Source of the DNA: Acidobacteriota bacterium
GTDB taxonomy: Bacteria > Acidobacteriota > UBA890 > WLXD01
Direction of reading: 5' to 3'
NCBI GenBank assembly: GCA_029263335.1
Contig: JAJCXS010000147.1
Span: 2,682 to 66,681, forward strand
Length of the DNA stretch: 64,000 nucleotides
The notes under the pieces were generated by a model. The model did not search any database. It was given only the letters and a program-made list of their open reading frames with translations, and was not told the DNA's origin. Below, in pieces: positions 46,695 to 57,000 of this stretch. Every line of letters begins with the position of its first letter. The first letter of the stretch is position 1. The position numbers were made by a program, and so were the translations under genes.

Positions 46695-49600
46695 TCATGC
46701 CCCTTGCTCGGTGCCAGATAGTGCCTCGAGGAACTGGCGCAGCGTGATGATGCGCTCCGTCGGGAATGGGAGCTCGGCAGCGAACTGGAAGGGAACGGGC
46801 CTGTTAGTGACTAGGTAGCCGGTCACCTCGACACTCCGAACATCCCGGTGAGGTAGATGGTTGACCCAGTCAGCATGAGCTTCCAGCCATTCCAGTCGTC
46901 GAACGTGTCGCCCGAGACGATCCGTCGCGTCGCCGGCGAAGTCCACCAGCCGATCTACAATACCGCTCAGGCCGTAGCTCGGCTGCAGCCGCTTGCACTC
47001 CACGGCCAGCACCGTGCTGCTCCCGGCTCGCCAAGCCAGGACGTCGATGTCGCCGAGTTCGTCCGGTGCCCCAAGCCGCGCCATAGGCACCTCCGTCTCG
47101 GTGGACCACCCCAACTGTCGCAGTGCATCGGACACCGAGATCGTGAACTCTCGTCCGCGTTCGTCGACTCGGCGCCCGACCAATCTGCCCATCTGCGGGC
47201 TCTCGAAGTACTCCGGACGCAGAGCGCCGGTCTCTATCCCATGGGTGATGTAGCTGAATGAAGACGCTAGTGAACTGACGCCGTACACGACGGTTGAATC
47301 AGCATCTCCCAATTGCACCAGTGGTCGCGAGACCACCGACAGCTTGCGGCCGTACTTCCATGGGTACCAGTCGCGGCTCGAGTATCCCTCGGGGGCTTGG
47401 TCCCAGCGGTTGCGGGGCCAGAGGGAGAGGCGGTCAAGTAGACGCCTAGCTCGCTCCTCGGGCAGGCCGCTGCTGATGGCGATCTGCGCGAACTCCTCGC
47501 TATGGGACTCGACTACCGCCTGCTCCGCATCGATCGCCTTGTCAATCAGTGAGGCCACGAACCCGCCTAGTTCCTGAGGCGTGGCTCCATACTCCGCTTC
47601 GAAGGCGGCGGTGGTTCCTGGCTCGTCCAGCCAGAGTGGTCCGCCTCCAGTTCCCCCCGTCACTTCGAAGTGGTGTTCGTACTCGTGATCGGTCTCGTGG
47701 AGGAGATGCTCCTGCGTCGATCTGGTGTAGTGAGTCGCCAGATCCCCGAGGGAGTCTCCGTCTATGTGCACCTCGCCGTTCGCGCAGATCACGGCTCGCT
47801 CGATCAATCCGCGGTGCGCGGCGTCTGCGTAACCCCCGAAGCGGCAAAGCGTTCGGCATCCCGCGAGCAGGTCGTCGTATTCGGATTGCTCAGGGGATGG
47901 ATGTCCGTCAAGGGGCGCCTCACAGACCGCGATCTCCGCGATGACTTTAGCCGCCTGCGATATGAGACCGCGTTCCGCCTCTTCACGGGCCGCAACGTCC
48001 GTCGCTTCGTTCCCGTAGAGTGCCCCGAGCGCTCTCGCGGTCCTTCGGAAGTGTGCTCTTTGCTGGGCGATTTCTTCCATCACGTGCAAGGAACGGGTCA
48101 CAAGTGCGTGGCGACCAAACTGCCCGATCTTGGTCCGCAATCGATCCGCGACGTCGGCGGCGCATACTTTCAGCACGTCGCGGCAGCGTTCACTGGTAGC
48201 CAACGTCTCTGCCGGCTGCCCGCCCGCCAGGGCCATTAGCCAGGGAGCATCATCAAGCCCGTGCAGACGTGACTTTGTGCCGGGCATGTGCGGCCGAAGC
48301 AGGTCGAGCGGGCTCGGCCTGTCGAAGAGGTGGATGTGCCGGATGTCCTGGTTGGGCATGAGGCTGTGCTCCAGTCTCCACCGCTCCGCCTCGCGCTCAT
48401 CGGCGCTAAGGTCTGGCGCTACCAGGCGCAGAATCGACTCTGCCAGCATCCGGAACAGTTCACGATCACCGTGGTTCGCAGGTTGGGTGAAGTAGTGGCG
48501 GTAGCCCGGGTAGATCCGTACGAGCACGGTGTTTTCGCGGCAAGTGGCCTCCATCGCGACATCACCGACATCTTCGTCGGGCTCTCCAGCGTCCTCCCAG
48601 GCTTCCGGCTCCTGAATATCGATGAGGAGCCGAGGCGCCGGCGTGCGCGGCCAGTTCGTGGCGAGGATCCTGACGATTGCTGCGGTCCACTTTAGAGCCG
48701 CCTCCCAGAGCAGGTACGCGACTTCGCTGGGGCCGTTGTTGCCCGCTTGTGCGCATACCCAAACGAGAGACTGGTCGGCCTCGATGACGCCGGCCAGGGT
48801 GCCGCTCCTCGCGGAATCCGCAGACGCGTATACGGGCTGGCCGGTAAGTGAATCGAACAGCGCATCCGCGTCCAAGCGAGATACCACTGTGGCCGGTTCG
48901 CCGGGTGTGTGGGGCGCGCCATGCTCATCGTGAAGGCTCTGCGTCCGGCAGCGTTGTTCGTGAAGTCGCATGCCCTCGACAAGAAACAGGCCGCGAACTG
49001 TGGGGAGGGGAAGGTCGCACGGGATCGGCCGTCCGTCATTGAGCATGAATTCCGCAACCACGGCCTCAAAACCGTAGGCGGTTTGTACGCGAAGTCCCGC
49101 AGCTTCTAGTCTTTCTAGGTGTCGCTGGAGCTTCCAGATCCACAGGAAAGTGCACTCTCGGACCAGCGCCATTAGGCTGAACTCGTAGAGGCCTAAGACG
49201 ATGACGTCTTCACCGGCCGCGGAGGCAAGCTCGGCTTCGATGTCGCCGCCACACCCGCAAAGTAAGAGGAGCGTGAGGGCGTCTTCCTCGGCCTCTCCAA
49301 GGATCTCCGCAAACCGACGCTGCTCGGTGTCGGTCCTCGTTATCCGAACATCTAGGTGTCGCCCGCCAGCGTCACCTGGCTCCGGGGTCAAATGAAGCAC
49401 CGTCGCCTGTTTCTGCTCATCGAACTGGACTCGGAGCCTACTCAGGCCCGGCACACCGGTAATGGACGGATCCTCTAGAAGAGTCGTGGCACCTCCGAAT
49501 CGAGGCATACAGTCACTAGCGACCTTCCGGTGCGCGGACGCCATCGCCTGGCAAAGCTCCCCGCCCCGGTTCACCCGCTCGAAAGAACGATAGATGTGTC

Positions 49601-50336
49601 GGCGAATCGCTGGTCCGAGGTAGCTCGGGACAGGGAGAACAAAGCTGGATCGCACACGGACTAACGGTCGCGTTAATAGCGGCGAGTCGGACAGGCGTGC
49701 GTCGGAGAGGTGCTGGCGTTCATCGACGTCCACGCAGAAATGGACGAGACTAGACGCGTCGATCCCAAGGTGCTCCAGTTCTGCGGCTTCGAAAGTAACG
49801 CGGTCAGCCAGGTCGTCCAGATCGACCGTCTCGATAACAGCCTCGATAGAACTGGGCTCGTCTGCCGTGGCCCATCTCTCGACTCCGGAGCGCGCCGCGA
49901 CGGCCCGAGTTAGACGAAGCAGAGCGTCCAGCCCGGATTGGCAATCGACCGGAGAGTTAGGTGGGAGCGTCAAGGTAGCGTTGATGAACAGCTGTGTGTA
50001 GAACGCGTTGCCTGTATTGATGCCCTGGAGCAGCAAGTACGTGTCGTCGGCGGCCACAGGCGCGGCGAACACGTCTTCCGGGGGGTCCTCCATGCGGGCG
50101 ACTGGGCAAGACCCCAGACCGTCTGCGCCGAGGAACTGGACCAGGTCCTGCGCGTTTGCTAGTTGACCTCCAGCCGAGACGGCAGCGGCGACGTGGCTGG
50201 CGCACTCCAGCCGAAGTTGGTTCGTCTGCAGTTCGGGAAGTGTTTGGAGACCGCCGATCACGGCGACGGTTCGTTCACTAAACGGGCGCAGCGAGCTTCG
50301 AAGGGTGCCGCCGGTGAATTGACTCACGCTCGGCAT
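46695..50336 (-). CDS. Large (1213 aa) protein with a C-terminal PD-(D/E)XK nuclease-like domain
   Basis: G.EFT..V...L...GW...GDIDVLAW...VLAVECKRL. Confidence 0.65.
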   Translation of the reverse strand: MPSVSQFTGGTLRSSLRPFSERTVAVIGGLQTLPELQTNQLRLECASHVAAAVSAGGQLANAQDLVQFLGADGLGSCPVARMEDPPEDVFAAPVAADDTYLLLQGINTGNAFYTQLFINATLTLPPNSPVDCQSGLDALLRLTRAVAARSGVERWATADEPSSIEAVIETVDLDDLADRVTFEAAELEHLGIDASSLVHFCVDVDERQHLSDARLSDSPLLTRPLVRVRSSFVLPVPSYLGPAIRRHIYRSFERVNRGGELCQAMASAHRKVASDCMPRFGGATTLLEDPSITGVPGLSRLRVQFDEQKQATVLHLTPEPGDAGGRHLDVRITRTDTEQRRFAEILGEAEEDALTLLLLCGCGGDIEAELASAAGEDVIVLGLYEFSLMALVRECTFLWIWKLQRHLERLEAAGLRVQTAYGFEAVVAEFMLNDGRPIPCDLPLPTVRGLFLVEGMRLHEQRCRTQSLHDEHGAPHTPGEPATVVSRLDADALFDSLTGQPVYASADSARSGTLAGVIEADQSLVWVCAQAGNNGPSEVAYLLWEAALKWTAAIVRILATNWPRTPAPRLLIDIQEPEAWEDAGEPDEDVGDVAMEATCRENTVLVRIYPGYRHYFTQPANHGDRELFRMLAESILRLVAPDLSADEREAERWRLEHSLMPNQDIRHIHLFDRPSPLDLLRPHMPGTKSRLHGLDDAPWLMALAGGQPAETLATSERCRDVLKVCAADVADRLRTKIGQFGRHALVTRSLHVMEEIAQQRAHFRRTARALGALYGNEATDVAAREEAERGLISQAAKVIAEIAVCEAPLDGHPSPEQSEYDDLLAGCRTLCRFGGYADAAHRGLIERAVICANGEVHIDGDSLGDLATHYTRSTQEHLLHETDHEYEHHFEVTGGTGGGPLWLDEPGTTAAFEAEYGATPQELGGFVASLIDKAIDAEQAVVESHSEEFAQIAISSGLPEERARRLLDRLSLWPRNRWDQAPEGYSSRDWYPWKYGRKLSVVSRPLVQLGDADSTVVYGVSSLASSFSYITHGIETGALRPEYFESPQMGRLVGRRVDERGREFTISVSDALRQLGWSTETEVPMARLGAPDELGDIDVLAWRAGSSTVLAVECKRLQPSYGLSGIVDRLVDFAGDATDRLGRHVRRLEWLEAHADWVNHLPHRDVRSVEVTGYLVTNRPVPFQFAAELPFPTERIITLRQFLEALSGTEQGA

Positions 50337-51170
50337 CGAAGAAATCCTCTGCTAATGGGAAGGCTCAGGCGCCTCAGTCGCAGACTTGTCTTGCCGATGA
50401 GCCCGCCGACTAGGCGCAGGAACAGAGCTGAGGTCTCGACCCGGCGCGCCGACTGGAATAGCTGGTCCCGGCTTGTCGAAATCAGTCGGAGATCCCGGGT
50501 GCGACCGCAGTGTCGTACCTCAGAGATAACCACTGTGGACAGCCTTTTGCGATGTTCTTCTGCCGTTGTCCAGGCGCGTGGTCACGGGCGAGGTAGCCGA
50601 TCGCCAGATTGTGACGGGATCGCGTTCTTCGCGGGGACGCGGGAGATGTGCGCTGCTTAGGTCGGCACACACCTGCGCGCCGCTTGGCGATCCCGGCGAT
50701 TCCTTGACCCGCAAAATGCTCGGAAGAAAAGCGGGCCGCGCCTTCCGCCAGCGCGGGCGTGCAGCGCGAGCTCTTCACGCCTGACGGCGACGACACAGCG
50801 AGTGCTCAGCGACGTGTGGGGCGCCGTGGAGCGTCCTCCGGGGGAGACGCTCGTCGCCGCTGCTTGCGGAATCCGTGTCCGGAGCTCCAGGAAGTGTCGG
50901 AGTCGGGTGGCATCAGAGCAGCGATCCAGTCGGTGATGGCTAGCGAGGCCCTATTCTGCCCATGCAAGCCGACAGATTCTGTCGCTATAGGCGCAGGGGA
51001 AGCAAGTTCGGTCTACTTCCCACGTTGGGGGCGAATACGATAGATTTCATTCTGACGTCGCCCGGCGCGGGTCAACCACCAAGACAACTTGTTTTCTCGA
51101 CGCCCCAAAGCGCTGCTTGCAGTCGCTGGAGGGCAGGGGAACCGGGTCCGACGGGCTCGGTCTTGGTGGG

Positions 51171-51365
51171 ATGGTCTCAGTAGAAGAGTGCCGGGCACTT
51201 ATTAGAAGCTCTGGGCTGCAGGGACGCGAATTCTCGGACGATGAGATCCGAGAACTACGCGATCATCTCGCCGAGCTCACGCGCCTACTGCTGACCGCTG
51301 CCCCTCCGGCGGCGGTACGTGCGACGGACAAGACAACGACGTCTCCGGAGACTTGCGATGGCTAG
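51171..51365 (+). CDS. Small helical protein coupled to the recombinase
   Basis: MVSVEECRALI...SDDEIRELRDHL..L; its stop overlaps the recombinase start. Confidence 0.55.
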   Translation: MVSVEECRALIRSSGLQGREFSDDEIRELRDHLAELTRLLLTAAPPAAVRATDKTTTSPETCDG

Positions 51366-52515
51366 TCGAGCTGTCGGGTATGTGAGGGTCTCGACTCCAG
51401 AACAGGCGGAGGCCAACACAAGCCTGGCTCACCAAGAGCGGGAGATTCGGCGATTCGCAGATCGCTCCGACATTGAGCTTCTCGAGGTCTTCGTTGAACG
51501 CGGGGTCTCCGCTCGTTCTCTTAAACGCGTTGAACTGAACCGACTAAGGACCTTCTACGCCGATAGGTCCAACAACGTCGATAGCCTGATCATCTGGAAG
51601 TTCGACCGGCTGTGTCGGGACGTTCGAGGCCATGTCGTACTTCGTGCCGAACTCCACGCCGCTGCGATCCAGGTCATCTCGGTTACTGAACCGACGTCGG
51701 ACGATCCTGCGGGGGTTCTGATGGAGAACATTCTCGCCTCGTTCGCCCAGTTCGAGAACGACGTCAGAGCCGAGCGTACGCGGGCCGGCATGGGATCAAC
51801 GGCGAGGCGCGGACGTTGGCAGACTAGGGCTCCGTTCGGATACCGACGGGGCTCGGCTGACGGTCCCAGCCTTCTGTTGCATGAGACGGAAGCGCCAGTT
51901 GTGCGCGAAATATTCGAACGTTCCGCCGGGAACTGCAGTCGCGAGCAGCTGGTACGGGAATTTGAAGCCCGCGGCGTTGTGTCCAAGACAAACCGACCGT
52001 TATCGGGGAAGGCTTTGCATCGGATCCTCACGAACCCGGTCTACCTGGGCAAGGTCGTCTGGAAGGGGAACACGTATCCAGGCGATTTCGAGCCTATCGT
52101 CGGCTCGCCCCTGTTCCAACGGTTGCAGGGGCGCATCCGGCGCGGCGCCCGCGTTCCCTCGGGCTCCGACAAGCGACAACAGGAGCGCATCTCTGCCGAG
52201 CGTTCTCGGATCGAGAAGGTGGTCTACGAACTCGAGGCTGCTACGAGTCCCGCGTACATCAACTATCAGTGGCTGACCCAGATGCTCACCGAGCCTGCCG
52301 AGATCTGGGACCGACTAGACGGTCCAGCGCGGCGGACATTTCAGCGGCTTGTCTTCCCCTTCGGACTACCTGTCGCGGGTCGGGCAGTTGGAACAGGCGA
52401 ACCGGCGCCTATCTTCCTACTAGTGCGGGAGAAAACGAAAAGCCGAGACGTGCAAGACGCCTCGGCTTCCCGGAAGGTAGCCCTAACGGGATTTGAACCC
52501 GTGTCTCCGCCTTGA
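51358..52515 (+). CDS. Large serine recombinase family protein; 3' end crosses att and reads antisense through tRNA-Glu
   Basis: GYVRVST.EQ catalytic Ser, KFDRLCR, FAQFEND...ERT..GM, APFGY, ILTNPVYLG. Ends VALTGFEPVSPP. Confidence 0.88.
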   Translation: MASRAVGYVRVSTPEQAEANTSLAHQEREIRRFADRSDIELLEVFVERGVSARSLKRVELNRLRTFYADRSNNVDSLIIWKFDRLCRDVRGHVVLRAELHAAAIQVISVTEPTSDDPAGVLMENILASFAQFENDVRAERTRAGMGSTARRGRWQTRAPFGYRRGSADGPSLLLHETEAPVVREIFERSAGNCSREQLVREFEARGVVSKTNRPLSGKALHRILTNPVYLGKVVWKGNTYPGDFEPIVGSPLFQRLQGRIRRGARVPSGSDKRQQERISAERSRIEKVVYELEAATSPAYINYQWLTQMLTEPAEIWDRLDGPARRTFQRLVFPFGLPVAGRAVGTGEPAPIFLLVREKTKSRDVQDASASRKVALTGFEPVSPP

Positions 52516-52552
52516 GAGGGCGGTGTCCTGGGCCAGGCTAGACGATAGGGCC
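52478..52552 (-). tRNA. tRNA-Glu (anticodon CTC)
   Basis: GGCCCTATCGTCTAGCCTGGCCCAGGACACCGCCCTCTCAAGGCGGAGACACGGGTTCAAATCCCGTTAGGGCTA folds as a cloverleaf with a GGTTCAAATCC T-arm. Followed by CCT, so CCA is not fully encoded. Confidence 0.95.
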
Positions 52553-52593
52553 ACGTAGTTCGTGTGCATGCCTGGCTAGCGCACGAACTTGAG

Positions 52594-52622
52594 ACGGTAG
52601 CCGGGGGATGGCGGTCGCGCAA
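52594..52622 (-). promoter_or_regulatory. Putative sigma-70 promoter of tRNA-Glu
   Basis: TTGCGC-N17-TACCGT on the minus strand. Confidence 0.45.
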
Positions 52623-52662
52623 GCCCTGTTCTGCAGCGTCCGCTCGCGCTTCTGGTGCTAGG

Positions 52663-53199
52663 TCAGGGACCTGGGCTGGTCGCGGCCATCTGTTCCCACA
52701 GGAAGCCCATCGGCATACCGTTGACGAGCTCGTTGGGACCCTTGGTCCTGATGTCGAGGCAGAGCTGCCCGCCTGGGGGTACGACGAGGTCTTCAGTAAC
52801 TTCGACCGTCCGCTCGATTCGGCCCGTGGCCTTGTCTACTTTCCACGCGGGTGGCCGAAACTTGAAGAGCGTCTTGCCTGCGGCGTTGGTACCTGTGAGG
52901 GATATCTGCAGTTTGCGCGGGAATCCCACTGCTCGCGCGCCATCGCGAGATGCAGGAGGCTCGTCGATGTCGAGCTCGAGCGAGTAGAGCGCCGCGTAGA
53001 GTTCGACCGGGCTGCTGCCGAACACGGTGCATTTGACTCGATTCCAACGTGAGCGTGGGTAGCAGCGCGTAGGATGCCCGTCATCGTCGTAGGGGCATTG
53101 AACGTTGAAGGCGAAGAACACGTAGTCGAAGGTGCAGGCGTTCGTGATCAGCATTAGCGCCACGACAGAAAGAATCAGGGTTCGCCGAAACATGTTCAC
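52663..53199 (-). CDS. Hypothetical exported protein / lipoprotein
   Basis: MFRRTLILSVVALMLITNAC signal or lipobox-like N-terminus. Confidence 0.55.
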   Translation of the reverse strand: MNMFRRTLILSVVALMLITNACTFDYVFFAFNVQCPYDDDGHPTRCYPRSRWNRVKCTVFGSSPVELYAALYSLELDIDEPPASRDGARAVGFPRKLQISLTGTNAAGKTLFKFRPPAWKVDKATGRIERTVEVTEDLVVPPGGQLCLDIRTKGPNELVNGMPMGFLWEQMAATSPGP

Positions 53200-53277
53200 C
53201 TCGCTGATGCCCAGGCCGCAGGAGCTGCGGCACGATCCATTACCTGGGGGACGGTAAAAGGCGCGCGGCGGGTGGCG

Positions 53278-53967
53278 CTATCCCCGGAACCGGGTATTCG
53301 CGTTGAGCAACTGCTGTTCGTAGGCGACGCGTACGGCAGCAGCGCGCGAGTTCACCTGCAGCTTTCGGTAGATGTTCTTCACGTGCGTTCGCACGGTGTG
53401 CGGGCTGATGCACAGTCGCTTGGCAATCTCGGATTCGGTGTCGCCTTGCACGATCTGCTCGAGCAACTCCACCTCGCGAGCTGACAGCGTTCCCGCCGGG
53501 TCGGTCGTCGCCGCCGGGCCCTCTGGAGCAGTGGCCGGTGCCTGGCTCAGAAGATGCAGTACGTTTCGAGCTACTGGCCGCGATAGCGGCACGCCGCCTT
53601 CGTGCACCTCGGCGATGGCGTTCGCGATGGTCTCCGCGGGGGAGTCCTTTAGCAGGTAGCCGGCGGCGCCGGCCTGAATAGCGGCGAGAATCGTTCGCGG
53701 CTCTTCGAAGACCGTGAGCATCAGGGCCCCAATCGTTTCGTGCTCACGCGCCAGGCGCGCCGCGACCTCGATCCCGGACGTATCCGGCAGACCGATGTCG
53801 ACGAGGGCGACGTCCGGCGGTTGCTCCTGCCGCGCCAGGAGATCGAAGAACTCCTGGGCTGTCGCGGCGCAGAAGGTGATCTCCATCTGTGGGAAGAAGG
53901 CCAGGCGCTGCGCGAGCTGACGTCGGAACGGCTTGTTGTCGTCCAGGAGTGCCACTCGAATGCGCAT
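53278..53967 (-). CDS. NarL/LuxR-family response regulator
   Basis: LLDDN, PDVALVDIGLP, GAAGYLLKD, LSAREVELL...TVRTHVKNIYRKLQV. Confidence 0.92.
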   Translation of the reverse strand: MRIRVALLDDNKPFRRQLAQRLAFFPQMEITFCAATAQEFFDLLARQEQPPDVALVDIGLPDTSGIEVAARLAREHETIGALMLTVFEEPRTILAAIQAGAAGYLLKDSPAETIANAIAEVHEGGVPLSRPVARNVLHLLSQAPATAPEGPAATTDPAGTLSAREVELLEQIVQGDTESEIAKRLCISPHTVRTHVKNIYRKLQVNSRAAAVRVAYEQQLLNANTRFRG

Positions 53968-54022
53968 GGCGCCAGAGTGCCTGCCCAAGGGAGTGTCGCG
54001 CAATCCCCCGATCCGGGTATCG

Positions 54023-57000
54023 TCAGCTTCGGCGCATCGGTGGTAGCGGCAGCACCACACGAATAGCGGTGCCGCCGGCCGTCTCGGACTCGAGCGAGAA
54101 GTTGCCGCCGATCTGCTCGGCGCGGATGCGCATTCCGGCCAGGCCGAAGCCCTGGTGCCCGGGAGGCGGCTGTCGGAAGGCGCCATCATCACGAATCTCG
54201 ACGTGCAGGGAGTCGGCCGCGTCCGTCAGGAGCCGGACCTGCACATGATGGGCGTCGGCGTGGCGAATCGCGTTCTGTACCGCCTCCTGGATCAGGCGGA
54301 AGATCTCGAGGGCGTGGCCCGAGGACAACACCGCGCGCCGATCTCCGGCTGCCTCGCACCGGAGCGAGGGCTTGTCGCGGAGCTGCTGCTGCTCATGCAG
54401 GTGCTCGTGGATCTGGTCGGCCAACTCCCCCACGGTGACCTGCTCACGGTTGAGTGACCAGACCGTTTCGTGCAGCTGGTCCATGGCGCGCTGCGCCTCG
54501 GCGCGGAGCGTTACCAAGTGATCGTCGACATCCTCGCGATTGCCGGAGCCAGCTGTCAGCTGGGCTAACTCGACACCTGCCAAGATCGTTGACACCCGGG
54601 CGCCGATGTTGTCGTGCAGATCACGGGAGATGCGCTCCCGTTCGAGATGGATCTGGCGGGCGAGTTCGAGGTCGCGCACGCGGCGGCGTAGCGCCCGGGT
54701 AGATACCTGCCGGATCGTCAGCGCCAGCGCCGTGAACAGTCCGGATGCCGCTAGCAAGCGGAACCATAGCGTCGCCCACCACGGCGGCGGGACATCGATG
54801 GCGATCGAGACTCCTTCGCGGTTCCAGACACCGTCCGCATTGGCAGCCCGCACGTGAAACCGATACGTACCGGGTGCCAGCGCCGGATAGCGCGCCTGGC
54901 GCTGCGCCCCGGCCTGCACCCATTGAGGGTCGAAGTTGTCGAGGCGGTAGGCGTAGGCGGTGCGCTCGGGGTCGGAGAACGTGAGCGCGGTGAACTCGAA
55001 GGTCAGTCCGGTGTCGTCGTGGGGCAGGCGCAGTGATTGTCGGCCGTAGGGGTCGATCGTAACGGCGCCCTCGCGCCGCAGCCGTTCAATCGACGTGATC
55101 ACGACGGGTGGGGGATGCGGATTGTCGAGCAATCGTTGCGGGTCGAGAACGGTTGTGCCTGCGAGGCTGCCGAAGGCGAGCCGGCCGTCGCTGAGACGTG
55201 CGGCGGCGCGTCGATTGAACTCGGCATGCGGCAGCCCGTCGCCGGTTGTGTATCGGCGGGCGACACTCGAGCTGTTCGGATCGAGGGGGTGCTGAAACCG
55301 CAGCAAGCCGTTGTTCGTGCTGACCCACAGCGCGCCATCGTTGTCGTGGACCAACGCGTAGGCCGGGGCGGCGGGGAGTGAGCGTGTCAGTTCGGCCTCC
55401 GACAGTTCGCCGGACGCTGGATCGAAGACGAAGAGGCCCCGATCGCTGCCCAGCCACAGGTTCCCGTCGCCGCACTCGGCAATGGCCCAGAAGCCCTCGC
55501 TGCCGCGCAGTGCGCGTGCGTCGCCCAGCGCAAAGCGTGTCGTGCGCAGCGTGGTTGGGTCGAGGTGATACAGATCGCTCCCCGACGTGCCGACCCATAG
55601 AGATCCGTCGCCCGTGACCGCGAGTCCCGCGACGCCCGGTTGCTCCGGCCGGTCCTCGGCGATCCCTTTCACCCTGACGGCTGCATGCGTCGCGGCATCG
55701 ATGCGGAAGAGGCCCGAGCTGGTCCCGGCCCACACTTGCCCGGACAGATCGTGCGTGACGGCGAAAACGGCGGGTTCGGAGGACGCGGAATCCACCGCGA
55801 GCGCAACGAGCGCGAAGCGGCCCGTGTTCGCATCGAGCGCGCACAGGCCGCGGTCCGTGCCCATCCAGGTCTGTTCGCCGGGGCCAGAGTGAACGGCCCA
55901 CACTTCGCTGCCGCACAGGCTGTCGGCTCCGGGCAATTCGGCGTAGCGGTGTGCGTCACCGGTCGTGAGGTCGAGTCGCGTTAGTCCGCCACCGATGGTC
56001 CCAATCCACAGATTACCGTCGTCCGAGGCGACGCTGACCACCGGGCCGGCACCGGGTGAAGCGGGGTCGGTAGGGTTGTGCACAAAGTTGCGGAACGGCT
56101 TCGCGAACGGATCCAATCGCACCAGCCCGGCCGCGGTGGCGAGCCAGATGGCCCCCTCCTGGTCCTGTGTGATGTCCCAGAAGCGCGTCGAGAGCGGTTC
56201 GGGGGCGGTGCTTTCGATCACCATAGACTGGGCGGTCTCGCCAGGCAGAATGCGGTACAGCCGGTCGGCACCCACCCAGATCGTGCCGGCACGGTCGCGC
56301 AGCATCGGCAATACGGACGCCGTGATGTGTTCGGCTCCGGGAGCATCTCCGAACTGACTGTCCGCCGGATCGAACGTGCCGACACCGCGCGTGTGACCCA
56401 CCCACAAGCGACCGGTCTCATCCTCGAACTCCACCAACGCCCGTGCCCACGGCGACTGCGTACGGGTGACGCCGCCATCGGCATCGACTCGGTACAGCCG
56501 GCCGCGCTCTGTACTCAGCCATGTGCGGTCCTGACTGTCGTACAGGATTCTCCAGACGGGGTCCTCCGCGAACGGCGCCGGGTCGGACTCCGCCCAGGGC
56601 AGGGCCGCGACGGGCTCGAACCGGTCGTCTTCGGCCAGGTAACGGAACAGACCCTGCGGAGCGGCCACCAGGAGTCGACCTTGCGCATCCTGGGCGAACG
56701 CCTGCGCCTGCAACGAATAGTGATGGAATACGCCGGCCCCGCGTTCCAGACGGTCGATGCCTGCTGCCGTTCGGATCCACAGATTGCGATCGCCGTCTTC
56801 CCAGAGTCGGCGCACCGTATTGTTGGCCAGCGATCCGGGCACGTCGGGGTCGTGCCGGAACGTAGCGAACGAGACGCCATCGAAACGGTTGAGGCCGTCG
56901 ATCGTGCCGACCCACATGAACCCTTGATGGTCCTGCAGAAGCGTGAAGGCCGAGTTGTTCGATAGTCCCTGGCGGGTGTCGATCGCGCCGATCGCGCCAG

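Larger units (their letters stand above)
43538..52486. mobile_element. ~8.9 kb genomic island integrated in the 3' end of tRNA-Glu
   Basis: 15-bp direct repeat GGAAGGTAGCCCTAA at 43538-43552 and 52472-52486, the latter overlapping the tRNA 3' end; serine recombinase at the right end; hypothetical/defence-like cargo. Confidence 0.88.

Noticed and set aside
50337-51170. Short ORFs in the island spacer
   Set aside because: No motifs or convincing starts; probably non-coding or decayed sequence.
43538-52486. Prophage or ICE
   Set aside because: No structural, replication, relaxase or conjugation genes were recognised.
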